Below are positions 33,301 to 45,702 of a DNA stretch of 55,866 nt, piece by piece. The notes beneath the pieces are model-generated. The model worked only from the letters and a program-made list of their open reading frames with translations. It searched no databases and was not told the DNA's origin. The translations under genes and the position numbers were made by a program. The stretch's first letter is position 1. Every line of letters begins with the position of its first letter. Source of the stretch: Macrostomum lignano. Its lineage: Eukaryota. The stretch is from positions 1 through 55,866 of the forward strand of contig NIVC01004191.1 in the NCBI GenBank assembly GCA_002269645.1, read 5' to 3'.

Positions 33301-35347
33301 CAACGGTATACGAATACTATTCGGCCATTCTCCAGGACCTGGCCGGCCTAGTGTGCCACATGGGCTACCTGCAGCCTGGCAACTTTGTGCTTACCTATCT
33401 GCTACGAACTCCCGCTCTGCGCCAGCTGTGCGAGCCAGCCAGCAATCAGCTGCCGCCGATTCACTACGAATTCTATTGCGTCGGCTGTCAGACTGATGAA
33501 CCGATAGTTGGTCAGAGATTCAAGTGCACCAAGTGCTGGTCTGACTACAGCCTGTGCGCCAGCTGCTACTCTGGCCGCCCTAATCACAGCCGGGGCTGGG
33601 AGCAGCAGCACACGGCCGCAGATTTTGAGCTTCAATTGCCGCCTTTGCGAGTGCAATTCACCTACAAAACGTTGAGGAAATTGGTTCGAATCCTGTGCCT
33701 CCTGTTCACTAAAATGGAGTTGCCCCGGTCTCTGGTTAAAAAGACGGCTGATGGAATTCTGCATTATGCCAGGTAAAAAGCTCTTCGATTTTTTGCTAGA
33801 ATTTCACCTACTCTCGCACCGCGCCACGACTCCTGGCTCGATTCCGTGCGCAAACACAGATTTTAGGGCTTGTGCACAAAAATTAGCCTTGGGGCTGTCC
33901 TACGTGTCTTAACCCGGGTCGGTTCGGGTGTCCAGCCCAAGTACAATACGATGGTACCTGCAGGCGTTGTGACGCTCTGCCAATATGGTATTACTGTACC
34001 AGGTTGCTCGTAAGTATGGTATATAGGGTTCGCTCTCCCGGCGTTATGACGTAGAATTTACTGTAATCTATCAAGCTTCCCAGGAAAGACTGAGTTCAAT
34101 CAGGCGGCTTACCGGTAGCCAAGTTATGAGATGCACGTTTGCCCTTTTTGGATCGTTGTCGATTTATTTGACGCGTTGAACCACTTGAAACTTTGTTCAG
34201 GTCGCAGTAGGAGCGAGAAAACCCCGAGAAAAAAAAGGGGGCGAGTCAGAAAAACCTGGGCCCAAATAAATAAATACCACCACAGGCCTACGTTTAGGGG
34301 AGGGGGGGCAGACGGCCTCACCGGCTAAGCCCACAAAGATTAGAGCAAAAAACAAACGCGCAACTGGTCAGCCAATCAAAACCCCGCCTAGGGAGGAGGG
34401 GCCGCACCCGCGCCAAAGACGGCCCAGCCGCAAGCCAACCAGCCCTGAGCACGGGGCAGGGGGGGGGGCACGGCTGGGGCCGCCAGCCAGACCCTGCCAC
34501 GCCCGCCAACCCCCCCCCCCTAGCCAGCCCCAAAGTGCATCGCGCCCTGCAAACCGGCAAGGGCGCATGCACTACATACGATTCACAGCCACAGCCATGA
34601 GGACCAGTCCCTCAAGGCACAGAATGTACATGCCTGACTATTAGAAAGCCAGGGCCGCTGTACACCTTGTATGAGTGCGAGCCTGCTTACAGTACCATCT
34701 CTCCTTTACTGATTTCTAGGCCAACCGAGAACTCCAAGGTGCTTCTGAAGCCGCTGCCAACCGATATTGAATCAGCAGTCCGTGACTACAACTCGGCCAC
34801 AGCTGTGACTTACACCAACTACCTGCGCTGCATTGCCGATTCTGGCCTGTTGAAATTCTCTACCGCTCTGCCGTTCAGCCAATCCGCTCCCATTGTGCCT
34901 AGCAGCGATCGCCAGCTCCAAGTGTCAGCGGTGGCTCCTCTGGCTCGGCTATCCTGGGGTCCCACCACTCCTGATTCTAACGAAGCACTTCGTCGCGTGC
35001 TATTGAACAGCGGTAATAACAGCTCGGAACAGTTGCGTCGCCTGTTGCCATTGGAGATTGTCACCGATGCCAATTTGATTCCGCTGCTGCCTACGAAGCG
35101 ACTGTTAAACGCCTACGCTTTGGACTTTTTCACTCACTGCAGTCGGGCTTCGATTGTTCGCGATAATGGAATTCGGGAGGGCGACTTGTTCGACTTGCTC
35201 AAAGACTTCTCACTGGCCTGCAGGGCCGTGGCGAATTTGCTGACTCAGCTGGCCGCTGATCCCGACGATCCGGTGGTCTGCGCCTTCAAACAGGTGGCAT
35301 TCGAGTACAAAGCGCGCTTTCGTCGAGCCTTCCCTGGCGCGCGTTGA
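27327..35347 (+). CDS. DDX60: DDX60-like Ski2-family RNA helicase, C-terminal half (exons ~27327-27902, 31122-31562, 33336-33772, 34720-35347) with an inserted ZZ zinc finger
   Basis: RLPALVF; GVCYHHAG...VEMLFRSGHLQ|VVTATATLALGVHMPCKTVVF...LDALNYHQMAGRSGRRGFD; LAGLVCH; SKVLL; LNAYALDFFTH...DN...EGD...LLKDFSL. All match the DDX60 motif order, and splice phases are compatible (0,0,2). The start of the first exon is approximate. Confidence 0.9.
28660..30435 (+). mobile_element. Ty3/Gypsy fragment (gag double zinc knuckle, protease, 5' RT) in the DDX60 intron; frameshifted and truncated
   Basis: CGRCFEITHTTQQC and CNYCNRPGHKQARC; CLLDSGSSISL; PPRRIP...WVSPVMHVRKKDGSIWLCLDYRRLN...IFSTLDL. Confidence 0.9.
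30435..31000 (-). mobile_element. Penelope-like element 3' remnant (GIY-YIG endonuclease)
   Basis: FVYKFNC...SYKGKTKRHMYTRVREH...SAINEHLLTC, then LLEAIHIKAQKPTLNNQ, the typical PLE C-terminus. Confidence 0.85.
32271..33243 (-). mobile_element. Probable solo LTR (~970 bp) in the DDX60 intron
   Basis: Minus strand starts TGTTA and ends CA; TATAAAT at ~32708-32714; internal ~40-bp duplication containing TGACGTCA; flanks GCAA/TCAA (imperfect TSD). Confidence 0.45.
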
Positions 35348-35560
35348 ATATTGAGTCAGTTTGGGATGCTCACGCTTAATAGCATACTTGATTTCGTTCA
35401 GCTTTGTCTTAGAATCTTTCCCAAGATGTGTACTTGGGATTTGCCACCAAGAGGTGTCTTAAAATCGTATCAACAGGCTTCTTGGAATCATTAATAATCC
35501 CTGTCTTTGAATCTTTGTCAAGCCGTTCTCGAAATCGAGAATCAGTTTCTTAGAATCTAG

Positions 35561-35837
35561 CCCGTTAAAAATAAGGGTTAATCTTGAAAGTTAGTAAACG
35601 AAAAGTAACTTTTGGTTCGTTAATTTACCATAGTTTAACTTTCGAAAGAGCGAATTCACGTTGATTAACGTGAACACTTTGTACGTTAACAAACTTGTAA
35701 ATTAACGTAAATTTACCCTCCGTAAAGTAAAGTCACGTCAAGTAACGTTTATTTACCTATATTTACGTTAATCAACCTTCAGGCTATTAGTTAATTACCC
35801 CCCCCCCCCGAAATATATTAAACCCCTTTTCAATGGG
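35561..35837. mobile_element. Possible small MITE inside a degenerate TTCTTAGAATC repeat tract (~35405-36030)
   Basis: Ends CCCGTTAAAA / TTTTCAATGGG, internal GTTAA/TTAAC motifs, and AATCAGTTTCTTAGAATC repeats on both sides. Confidence 0.35.
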
Positions 35838-38534
35838 AGAATCAGTTTCCCAGAATGGAGTATCAGTTACTCAGAAGCGATAATCAGTTTCTTAGAATCG
35901 TTACCAAGCCCGTTTCTTAGAATTGTTCCTCAGCCCTTGAAATCTTTTATAGGCCGTTTCTTTGGGTCACCAACCAATCTTTTTTTTTAGAATCGTTATC
36001 AAGCCCTCTCTTAAAACGGTTTCCAAGCAACTTCTTATTAATAGGCTGTTTCTTTTTTTACCCAAAAATCTCCCCATAGTTTCCCGTTAAAGTCCGTCAA
36101 TGATTCTTGCTTTGCTCAATTTGGAAGTTTCAGTTTGTTTTTTTCTGATTCACGTAAGCCACGGTTTTTTTGTTAAAACCTTTGTATTAAGAAAACTGCA
36201 GTTTTTTTAACAGAAAAGTGTTTAATCTACTTTTCGAATTCAAAGTCATGTTTTTTATTTATTTTTAACTGTATGAATTTTTCTTTCTGCCTTCAAAAAA
36301 ACGAGAATCAATTTGTTTTTCTTCAAATTTTATTTTTTCTTTTGCTTCCTCACCAATTTAATGGGTGCGTTAAAACGCTTCATTGGTTCTTTTTATAGGC
36401 AATAAAATAGATTACTTTGATTTACTATTAAACTGCTTGCCCCTCTGTCTTTTTTTAGGTTTTTCCTAAATTAGATAGCCAAAACTACGTATTTACTTTT
36501 TTACAAAGTAGCAGGCTCCTTCTATTTGAAAATGACACAGTCATATCTTATTGCGTGTCGTGTGTGTGCCGTATGTGCTACTTGTCACAGTGTCTTCTAG
36601 TCATTCTAGACAGATCACTGATAAAGTTTCAGCGTCTACGAGAATGTTGTTTTTGAAAATGAGCGCCGCCGTTCGCTTTGATTTGCACCTCACGGTCACG
36701 TGCCACCGGCGCTGTTGCCCGAAAAACAGAGACGTGTTCTTATGATAGCTTTTGTTTCTTTATTTCTATGCAGTTGCAGGTCGAGCGGTAAATTGGCGGC
36801 TGGTAAATTCGAGCCTCTGAGCGAAGAATGATCTACATGTTATTACGTAATAATGCAGTAATGCAGTAGTATAAAATTGCATCAGAAAAGCAATTTGTTT
36901 AAAATAGTTTTGTCGAAACATACAAAACGCTTACGTATGGGTTTTATATGTATGGCCTTAGCACTAAGATCTCACTTTGATCTGACATGTGCATGTACCT
37001 TTGGCTTGACATACCAACAACTTTCAATTGACCTTTGGTATCTCAGCAACCCTCCGCCTTTTTCATAAGCCACAGCATTTCAGCAATCCCGTCATGAGTA
37101 ATAATTGGCATATCAGAAACCCCCCATAAAATACGGGCGTACGTTAGAAAAAGTAGCTAATCGGCTTTTAACTTACGCTTTTCCTGCTTTCATTTTAAAA
37201 AAGAATTTCAAAGTAAGATGATATATTTTTAACAGATATCATTTGTTAGATAGTTAAATAGTCAGTTATTTCATTTATTTATTTATGAGTAGTGAATATC
37301 CGGCATTGGTATGCAAGAAATCGTGTATTGGAAATATCTTTGATCAGCTCACTAATAAAGTTACGAGAAAACGTGACATTTCGCAAAACAAACTTTTCAT
37401 ACTCGAGAGTTATTAAAAGTTATCAATTGATGAATACAATAAACAGTATCAGCGATGATGCACAATTTCGCCTAAAAACAGTAAAAAAAAACTTGGACAA
37501 ATTTAAATGATTTTAGCCAAGATAGAAGAAGCCGGAGAATTTGGTTGTTTCTTGATAATTTTAAAGGCAAAAATGTAAAAACCATTAAGCAAAGGATACT
37601 TCAATATACTTTTCGACAATGTTTTAAACTAAAATTTAGAGAAAAAGTAAATTGTCAGCTGATAAAAGTTTTGGATTATCGTATTATAGCTATGTATATT
37701 ATAATATGTTAATTTAATATTAATTAAGAATGAGCTAAAGAAAAAACTAAAACTACCACAGGATAAGTCGAATTCTACAATTTTCGAAGAATAGGGCTTG
37801 TAAAATAAGTGCGATATGCACGCTTTTCATCTCACTATATAAACATGATGTGCGCATTTGGTTAGCTTTTTATTTTCCAACTGAATTAAACTGTCCTTAA
37901 GGCACAATCAATATTCAAAAGTGACTTCAGGAAGTGAGAGAAAAAAGCCATATCTGAAGTATGCTGCAACACCTGCCACTGATAGTATAAGGTAAAAAAT
38001 AAACATGACTTCGACGACTAAATCAAAAATAATAGTCCGGGAATTACAACATCCGAAAAAATTAATAAATTGACACGTTTTTGGACACTTAGTCTAAAAA
38101 CTTTATAGAAAGATGCCGACTATGAACCATTTTAGCGTAAAGAGAAGTATTTCAAAAAGTTAATTGATCTTGCTGCATTCGATAATCCTGGACGATTTTG
38201 ATTCATTTAATATCCATCTGTTCAATATGTACTCGAATGTTATTTTAAATCTGTTCATCAGTAATAACTACTACTAAAATTAAATACGAGCTTTTTATCT
38301 ATTCTATACTACTCGACTTCAATTCTTAAGCTATTCGACTCAAAGCGACTTCGATATACTTGATGCAATTGTGAATCTATTTTATCTAGCTCGTCCAGTG
38401 TCTAAGTTATATTGTGCAATTGAAATCGATTCAATAAAAACTACGTATCTAATTTATTTTAATCGACTCAATATCCCATAGATAGCAATTTTACATGTAT
38501 TTCAAACAGTATAGCTAGCTACCTGCCCCTTGTA

Positions 38535-39322
38535 CGAGGTCTCCTCCAAAGGTAGTGTTACTTTGATTATATCTCTCGTTCTAATGATCCAAAAAACATC
38601 GTTTTGCACAAATTTAGAGCGGCATTTCTATTTTCTAGATAATAACTTGAAATCTTAAAAAAACAATGAAAACAAAAATTATGAACAAAAATGTAGCAGG
38701 AGCTACATTTATTGTACGGTGAGTCAACATTTCGAAGTAGTAGCTGACAAAAAAGGTAACTGGCTGAAGTAAATGCTATAAAATGCATGACTGCGGTAAA
38801 TGACTGCACTAAACCAATGAGCCGATGAAAGTTGAGCATGAATCTCGGCTGCACTGTGCCCCATCATCCTATAGGATGTAAACCACACTCCTCAAAGCAA
38901 CACTTGAATGCACATCCATGATTTTTGGCGCAACAAAAGAAGGGAACAAAAAGCAGTGAAGCTGAAGCCCAATGGGAAATATTCCACTGCCTTAAACGTT
39001 GTATGTTTCTTCGAGTTTTTTCCATAGATATCTCTGTGTTACAGCAGCCTAACAAAGAAGTTTGAGTGCATTGAGTGCATTCAATCAAAAGTACTTTTGC
39101 TACGTTCCGCTAGATTGTTTACTTACTGTAAGTCTATATAGTCGGACTCTTGCTACATTTTAGTTCATAACTTTTATTTCCATTGTTTGTTTTTGAAGAT
39201 GTTAAAGTTATAACCACGAAGATCGAGTTGCCGCTATAAAATTTTGCGAAATGATGTTATTTGGATCATTAGCACAAGAGTTATAATGAAAAGTAACACT
39301 ACTACTTTTGGAACAGCCCTAG
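38535..39322. mobile_element. Old Tc1/mariner-type deletion derivative with ~170-bp imperfect TIRs
   Basis: TA-CGAGGTCTCCTCCAAAGGTAGTGTTAC vs reverse complement TA-CTAGGGCTGTTCCAAAAGTAGTAGTGTTAC. Similarity extends through CTAATGATCCAAA and TTATGAAC.AAAATGTAGCA. Minus-strand remnant GHSAAEIHAQL. Confidence 0.75.
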
Positions 39323-39411
39323 TAGTATCACCCATGTCTATTCCTTTAATTTATTCCACTGGTTTCTGTATGTTTCGAACTCTTAATCTTGATCAATTAG
39401 GTGTCCTTGGC

Positions 39412-41522
39412 TTAGCCCATCGAGCAGTAGTCCTGCAGCTGCTGGAACTCCAGTCCGGTGAGGCTACGACTGCTCATACCGTAGCAGCGGATTGTGCCCT
39501 TGAAACTCCTATCATCTTCCAGGCTATAGCCTAGTCGCAGACACCCGAAGCGACTCGCAGCAGCGCTCCCAATGCTTCCATTTTGCGTTGGCTCCGCGTA
39601 CGTGATGCTTCCGTTAAAATAAAATTTCACACTTTCGGCGTTGGCGGCGAACGAATAGCCAACTGAGATTAAACTGGTTGAGTCATCGTTAGTAAACAGG
39701 TTGTAAGCTGACCAACGTTGATACTGGAAATATCCGTTCATCCAATGAAAATAGGCGTACAATGAACGGCTATATTTTGCCCAAGTACTAGCCGATTGGG
39801 TTCCGTCGCATTGTTGAATCCGGTGGTAGAAATTGTAGCTGAAAGTTTAGTCACTCGTCAGATTTTTTCTATGAACAATTGTTACACCATAACCCCTCCT
39901 CACTCTCTGCCCTAAGTCCCCTATCTTATCCCTCCCTGCCCCAGCCCCCATGTCACTCTGCCCCAGTCCCCCAACTCACCTCTTGCCCTAGTCCCCTTCC
40001 TCCCTCCCTGCCCCAGTACCCACCCTACTTCTTGTCCTAGTCCCCAACCTCACTTCTTGCTCCAGTCCCCCTCCTCACTCCCTGCCCAGCCCCCACCTCA
40101 CTCTCTACACCAGCCCCACCTCACTCCCTCCCCCAGCCCCCAACCTCACTCCCTACCACATTCCCCCTCCTCACTCCCTGTCCCAGTCCCCTACCTCCCT
40201 GCCCCAGTCCCCTACATGTACCTCCCTCCCTGCCCCAGTACCCCACTCTACTTCATGTCCTAGTCCCCCTCCTCACTCCCCTGCCCCAGTCCCCCTCCTC
40301 ACTCCCCTGCCCCAGTCCCCCTCCTCACTCCCTGCCCAGCCCCCTCCTCACTCCCTGCCCCAGTCCCCCTCCTCACTCCCTGCCCAGCCCCCTCCTCACT
40401 CCCTGCCCCAGTCCCCCTCCCCACTCCCTGCCCAGCCCCCTCCTCACTCTCTGCACCAGCCCCCCACCTCACTCCCTGCCTCAGTCCTCCAGATCCTTAT
40501 TCTCTTCTCCACTTATCTATACACTTTATCTGTATCCTAATTGATCTCTAGCCAATTAAAAGATTGTCAAGAAAGTGTTGAAATATTGTCTCACCCGCTC
40601 GTCATGTTATGCCTAGCTAGCATGTAGAATGAATAATTTCTATTAAAGTCCAAATCGTGCTCAAGGCCAGGCGTCTTAGCAATCAGATAGGAATCATTGT
40701 GCCCCATCAGCTGGGCACCGTCGGTCCCAAGGTTCACGTTGCGAGCGGTGAGGCAATACTGCCTTGGATTCACCTCGTTCAGTAAGCCGCTGTGCGTGAA
40801 TCGGTAAAACATTTTCATCTGCAGCTGGCTCAGTAGACCAGCGTTTTCTGAAAAATAGGCAAGGTACGTTACGACAATGACTCTATCCTTAACGTGGGAG
40901 AAGTGTAGAGTCAGAGTATCGTCTGGGTTTCTTTCGCTGACCAAGAAGCGACACTGCCCTGCCCACATCAAATCTTGTATAACTTTAGTCTTCTCCATGT
41001 TTAAATTGACACACAAACAACGGATAAACGAGTTTCTGAGCATCTTTTCACACAAGTTGGCTTGCTGAAACAACCTTGTCTTGAATTTTTGTGTGAATCA
41101 AGAATATTGATTGGACCAAACTGCAAGAATCAGTGTCGCTTTTTCGCAGAGAAAATAGTGTTCCTTGGCAGATTCATTCGTGCTAGCCACTTACTAGAAG
41201 CACCCGTATGCTGATAAGTGTCGCAGCTTCCAGATGTCCATTGTTCCTCTGTCGAGCAGGAGTCGCCAGTGTAGCACAGCCGAGTGTCCGGATCAAAGTG
41301 GAAGGCGTCACAAAGCGGCTGCAGGCTGCAGTGCACCGAGCACTCAGCGTTGCTTCCAACGTTGGACGCCGCAATCACTGCAGCGTCGGTGGGGCAGAGC
41401 GAAGTGCGTTGGAATGTCAGACTGTCCGTTTGGAAGCCGAGAGCAGAAGACAGCTGGCAGCAGCATGTCATTAGCATGGCAATCGGTAGACATAGCTTTG
41501 TAATTCGCGGGTAGCGATGCAT
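39412..41522 (-). CDS. Secreted PAN/Apple + LamG/concanavalin-like domain protein, 406 aa (exons 41522-41195, 41060-40595, 39838-39412)
   Basis: Hydrophobic signal-like N-terminus; SNAECSVHCSLQPLCDAFHFDPDTRLC (PAN); GHNDSYLI...LDF and LRLGYSLEDDRSFKGTIRC...LTGLEFQQL (LamG-like). GT-AG junctions give an open 1221 nt. Confidence 0.8.
39890..40490. repeat. C-rich intronic minisatellite (CCCCAGTCCCCCTCCTCACTCCCTG-like units)
   Basis: Tandem degenerate copies directly visible. Confidence 0.9.
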
Positions 41523-43357
41523 TTTCTAACAAGGGTTGAAACAGACTATTGACGCGATGGACTGAGAGTCCGCCTTAGCCCCATCATATTTTATTGGCAC
41601 TGAGCTTCCCCTTACATGTGGTATGGGAGGGGGAATGTAGCGACAATTCTATTGGCTGTTCGTCATGTTGGCATGGTTACGGAATCGGCCTAACAAACTC
41701 ACACTTGATTTCACTGTATTTCCCGTGTTTGCTCTCAGCTAATACTACTTCTGATGTTGTTTTCTAACAGGAAATCGAATTTTCTCGGGAAGTATCTGCT
41801 TCTACTGACATGACAGGCTCAAATATCTACATGTGAATTTCGCCTTTGTTGACTCTACAAAGAATTTACCGTTGGATTTCTCCTTCCAGCGTCCTCTCCG
41901 CGGCGGCCACTTCAGCGCAGAAAGTTGATGAAAAAGTGGTCTCTTCAATAGCCATTCAGCGATGCCAATTCATGAGTTAGGAAGACTTATCAGTAATGCA
42001 GGAACTACCCTCCGCTTTCCCCGGGACTTGTGAATTATTGACAGAAACAGAATCGCCGGTTTCCTCTATACAATGAATTTCTCCTTCAATTAAGTCGAGT
42101 TGGCTTCCCATAAGCTTTATCTCTGTCTCGGCCGCGCATTTTGAATTGCAACACTTTTCAGGCTTTAGAATGAGTCATCAATGTAAAATTTATGGGCGGC
42201 GTGCGTCCTGAAAAAACTAAGTTTTACGCAAATTCTACTTATAAATCTGTAAAATAAAATAATAGATTAGTTGAGCTGCATTCAGTATGGCATAGAAAGT
42301 TTAAGCAAAGAATTCTAAGCTACAACAGTCCAACTTGCAGCTGCAATTCTTATGCTTAAAATGTTTAGCATTACATTGCTCACTAGGAGACAGATTGAGA
42401 GAGGCTGCTTAAGCGTTAATGGTGCCAAAGCTGTACCCGGCAAGCGAAAGAGTTAGGAGAGAAAAATAGTAGAAGCAAGCTAGAATAGCCCGCCTGTTGG
42501 TTGAGTCGAAGAGTGGCAGAAGAGCAGTTTGAGCAGTGAGCTTGTATGTGCTTTTCTCTTTCGCTTCTCTCTGCCCATCAATGACAGACAGAGAAGCTCT
42601 CAGCGTCAATCTTCTCGTTTTCATTTTTTTCATCGCCCAGATGCTGTAATGAAGATATAAAACGAAGAAAACGCTTGCCTCAGCCGGAGCTGTGACGTAT
42701 TTTTTGGTGGACACGAGCCAGTTATAGCCACTGCACGCAACATGCAGCAGGTTCAACAGTCAGCCATGATGGTTTCTCACGTAAGTACAAGTATGATTTT
42801 ATCGCTCTAATCTTATATTTTTACCGGTAGATATGCCCTAATGTTTTGTTAGTTTAGGTAACCATGCAACCAATAGAGCAATTCCATTGGACCCTTAACC
42901 ACCAACCTGTGTATATACTATCTATAGTAAATCGTAAATCCTGTGCCACCAAAACATAGTAAAACAAGTAATGTAGTCTGTCTTTACAATTAGCAACTGT
43001 GTAAAGATAATTGTTAACGATAACAAGATTGTAATTATTTTGTACGCAAATAAATTTCGTCTTATGATCTGGATATCTTCGGAGCAGAATTTATTAAAAC
43101 GCAATGATAAACTTAAGTTTCTGCTATATACGCTGGTACGACCTAGAAAATGACCAAACTGAACCCAAGGACCACTAGAAGTTTTGAAGTTCGACTGAAC
43201 CTTTGAACGCTATGTACACAAATGAGTTCAGCGATTTGGATGGACATATGTACTATAAATCTTTAGAATCTGTGTAAAAACATACGCTCGCAATAACTGA
43301 GAGAAGCACCATGACACACTTAAACGGACACTACGACTCAAAAACACTCTTGAAACC

Positions 43358-44203
43358 ATGATAAAAAGCATTAAAGACAACGGCCCTAAAGTAAGGTAAT
43401 GTTTGCTTCTCTCTAACCCTGCTCAATAGAACTCGCAGCAGGAGCAGCCTCAACTGGCCCAGTGGCAAGCGGATCGAATCTGCACAGCTGCAGCTTCCGG
43501 TAGCCCCATCGCCTTGACGGCCGCCCTAACTGCCGTTGGCGTCACAGTCGACGTAGCCACTTCGGTAGACCGGTCCGTCGTCGACGCCGCTTACGCTGCA
43601 AACATCGTCAACTGTCGCGACTCAGTGCGCTGCTTGACGCCGCTTCACTGTGCGGCCACCGCAGCCGCTGCCGCCGCTGCCGGACCTGAAAGCGATCAGG
43701 TGGACGCAGGCGCGGGAGACTGCGCCGCTTTGCTCCTCGTGTTGGGCGCAAATCCCAATGCCAGAGACGGCCACGGTTGCACACCGTTGCACTACGCGGC
43801 TCGCTACGCCTCGCCAAAGGTTTGCCAATGCCTGCTGACGTGCCGGTCAACAAGGATCGATTTGCGCAACGCATGGGGCAGGACAGCACTCATGTTCGCC
43901 GCTTGGGGCGGCGATGAGAGTGGAGCGGTTAGCGGAGCTGGTGGCAGCGAGATTAAGCGGCTGGTGATTGCTCGATCTCTGCTCAGGGCCGGAGCCAACG
44001 TCGACATCCGCGACTCTCGCGGCAGAACGGCGCTGATGTGGTCGGCGTTGAACGCCAAAGTCGCTCTGCTCCGGCTGCTGCTGAACTCTGGCGCCGATTG
44101 GCGTCGGAGAAATTTTGACGGGCTGACGGCGGCTCAGCTGGCTCAGCGTGAGGGTCACGTCGAGGTGGCGCAACTTCTAGCTGCAGTTGCAGACAATGCG
44201 TAA
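43358..44203 (+). CDS. Ankyrin-repeat protein (~268 aa; exons 43358-43390 and 43430-44203)
   Basis: LTPLHCAA, GCTPLHYAA, GRTALMFAA, GRTALMWSA, GLTAAQLA; 39-nt GT-AG intron containing CTAAC branch point. The first exon is tentative. Confidence 0.85.
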
Positions 44204-45702
44204 GTAGAAATAAAAAGTCCAGGAACACGGGCGTATGCGTTTCTCAAAAAGTAGAAGGACGCTGCACTTGCAGGTTTTAATGCTGGCCAGTTTTCGCAGC
44301 AAAAAGCGTCAGAAAGTTGGGATATGTAAGTACTAAATTTACAATGTCTCAGCTTGTGGACTTCGAATTTTAGGCAATAATATGGCAACAGGGTTGTGGG
44401 CTCATTGGTGCAACGCCTTCGACAACATCGTCCCATAACCCCGAGCTCGTACACTGTACGCAGGCAAGCACTCATACACACGCTCACACGGTTTTTGTCT
44501 GTGGCGAAATCATGTTCAGCGCCATGCAAAAAATACAAATCAACATCGCTTGAAACATTTACTGAAGTTCAAAATGTGTATTGAAAACTGGTGCAAAAAT
44601 TTGCCCATGATATACTCTCGCTATGCTCGTAGAGTCGCGGAAAAGTTTAGAATCATCGCACGTGGTCCCATAACAGCAACTATCGAGCTGATCAATAGCA
44701 TTGTACATGAGGTTAATGAATTGTACACTGAGACTTTTCTCCCTAATCTTGGACAAACACATAGGCCAAACTTTCGTGCAAAACTCTTAGGCATTCACCG
44801 TGCAACTGTCGAATCGCAGAGGATTAGACTTTTAGCATATTGATTTTGGTTCGAAGCTGAGCTCAAATCATCCTTAGACTAGTTACTTATCGAATTATGA
44901 ATTCCAGCTTGAAATCACCATCCGGTGTTGCCAGTGCACCTGCGGAAGGCCAAGACGGTGCAGCCTCAAAGGAAGGAGCTCCAGGCACTGAAGCTGCAGG
45001 CGTGAACGCTTCCACGGGTACTTCCTGACGCATTTTCGGATTCGTCCATGAATTGAAAGATTACCAAAGTAACCAAATAACTGATGACTAACGAGTGACG
45101 ACGTCTCGGCGTATATAACCAAAGCTCTTCCTCATTCAATCTGTTTTTAACTGATTGTTAAAAATTTTCGTACGAGTTACAAACAAAAAACTTTTTTGTT
45201 TAAGCATCGTGAATGTTCGTAGTTCACTGATAAGACTTAAGCTATTTTAGTGACACTGTAAATAAACAAATATATTTTAATGATCCCGCAATTACAAAGC
45301 TAAACTTTACACCCTGAAAGTGAAGCATACGGCTCTTTCGAATTGCCTTTGTCGCTGGCGAACGAGTATTATTACAGTACATCGATAGATAACGACGTTA
45401 TACCCATTTTCCAGAGACGTCGATAGCCATCTGAATTTTAGTACTGAAAGTGTTAAACTCTTCGTTCACAGAGAGATAAAACTTGCTTTAAAGTACTATG
45501 ATTTCAAAGCGTTTAAAGCATCAATGCACCTAGTGCAATAATTTCTTTTTATCGAGGAATTCAAAACTGTGACAACTAGGAGAGAGAGAGAGAGGCTATT
45601 CTCTGTGAGAAAACAAAAATTAGCAACAACAGTCGAACTTTCTTTTGGAACAAAATACCTTTAAATTCAGAAGTTTGTAGTTTGACACGCGTCAAGATTG
45701 AT

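Noticed and set aside
41850-42150. Protein-like minus-strand stretch (MGSQLDLIEGEIH...; ERTLEGEIQ)
   Set aside because: Interrupted by stops and no homology recognisable.
42409-42756. 115-aa minus-strand ORF with two hydrophobic stretches (GPCR or channel fragment?)
   Set aside because: No family motif and no supported flanking exons.
43430-44203. Ankyrin gene as an IkB or RNase L component of the immune cluster
   Set aside because: No degron, kinase or KEN domain; ankyrin genes are too common to link by proximity.
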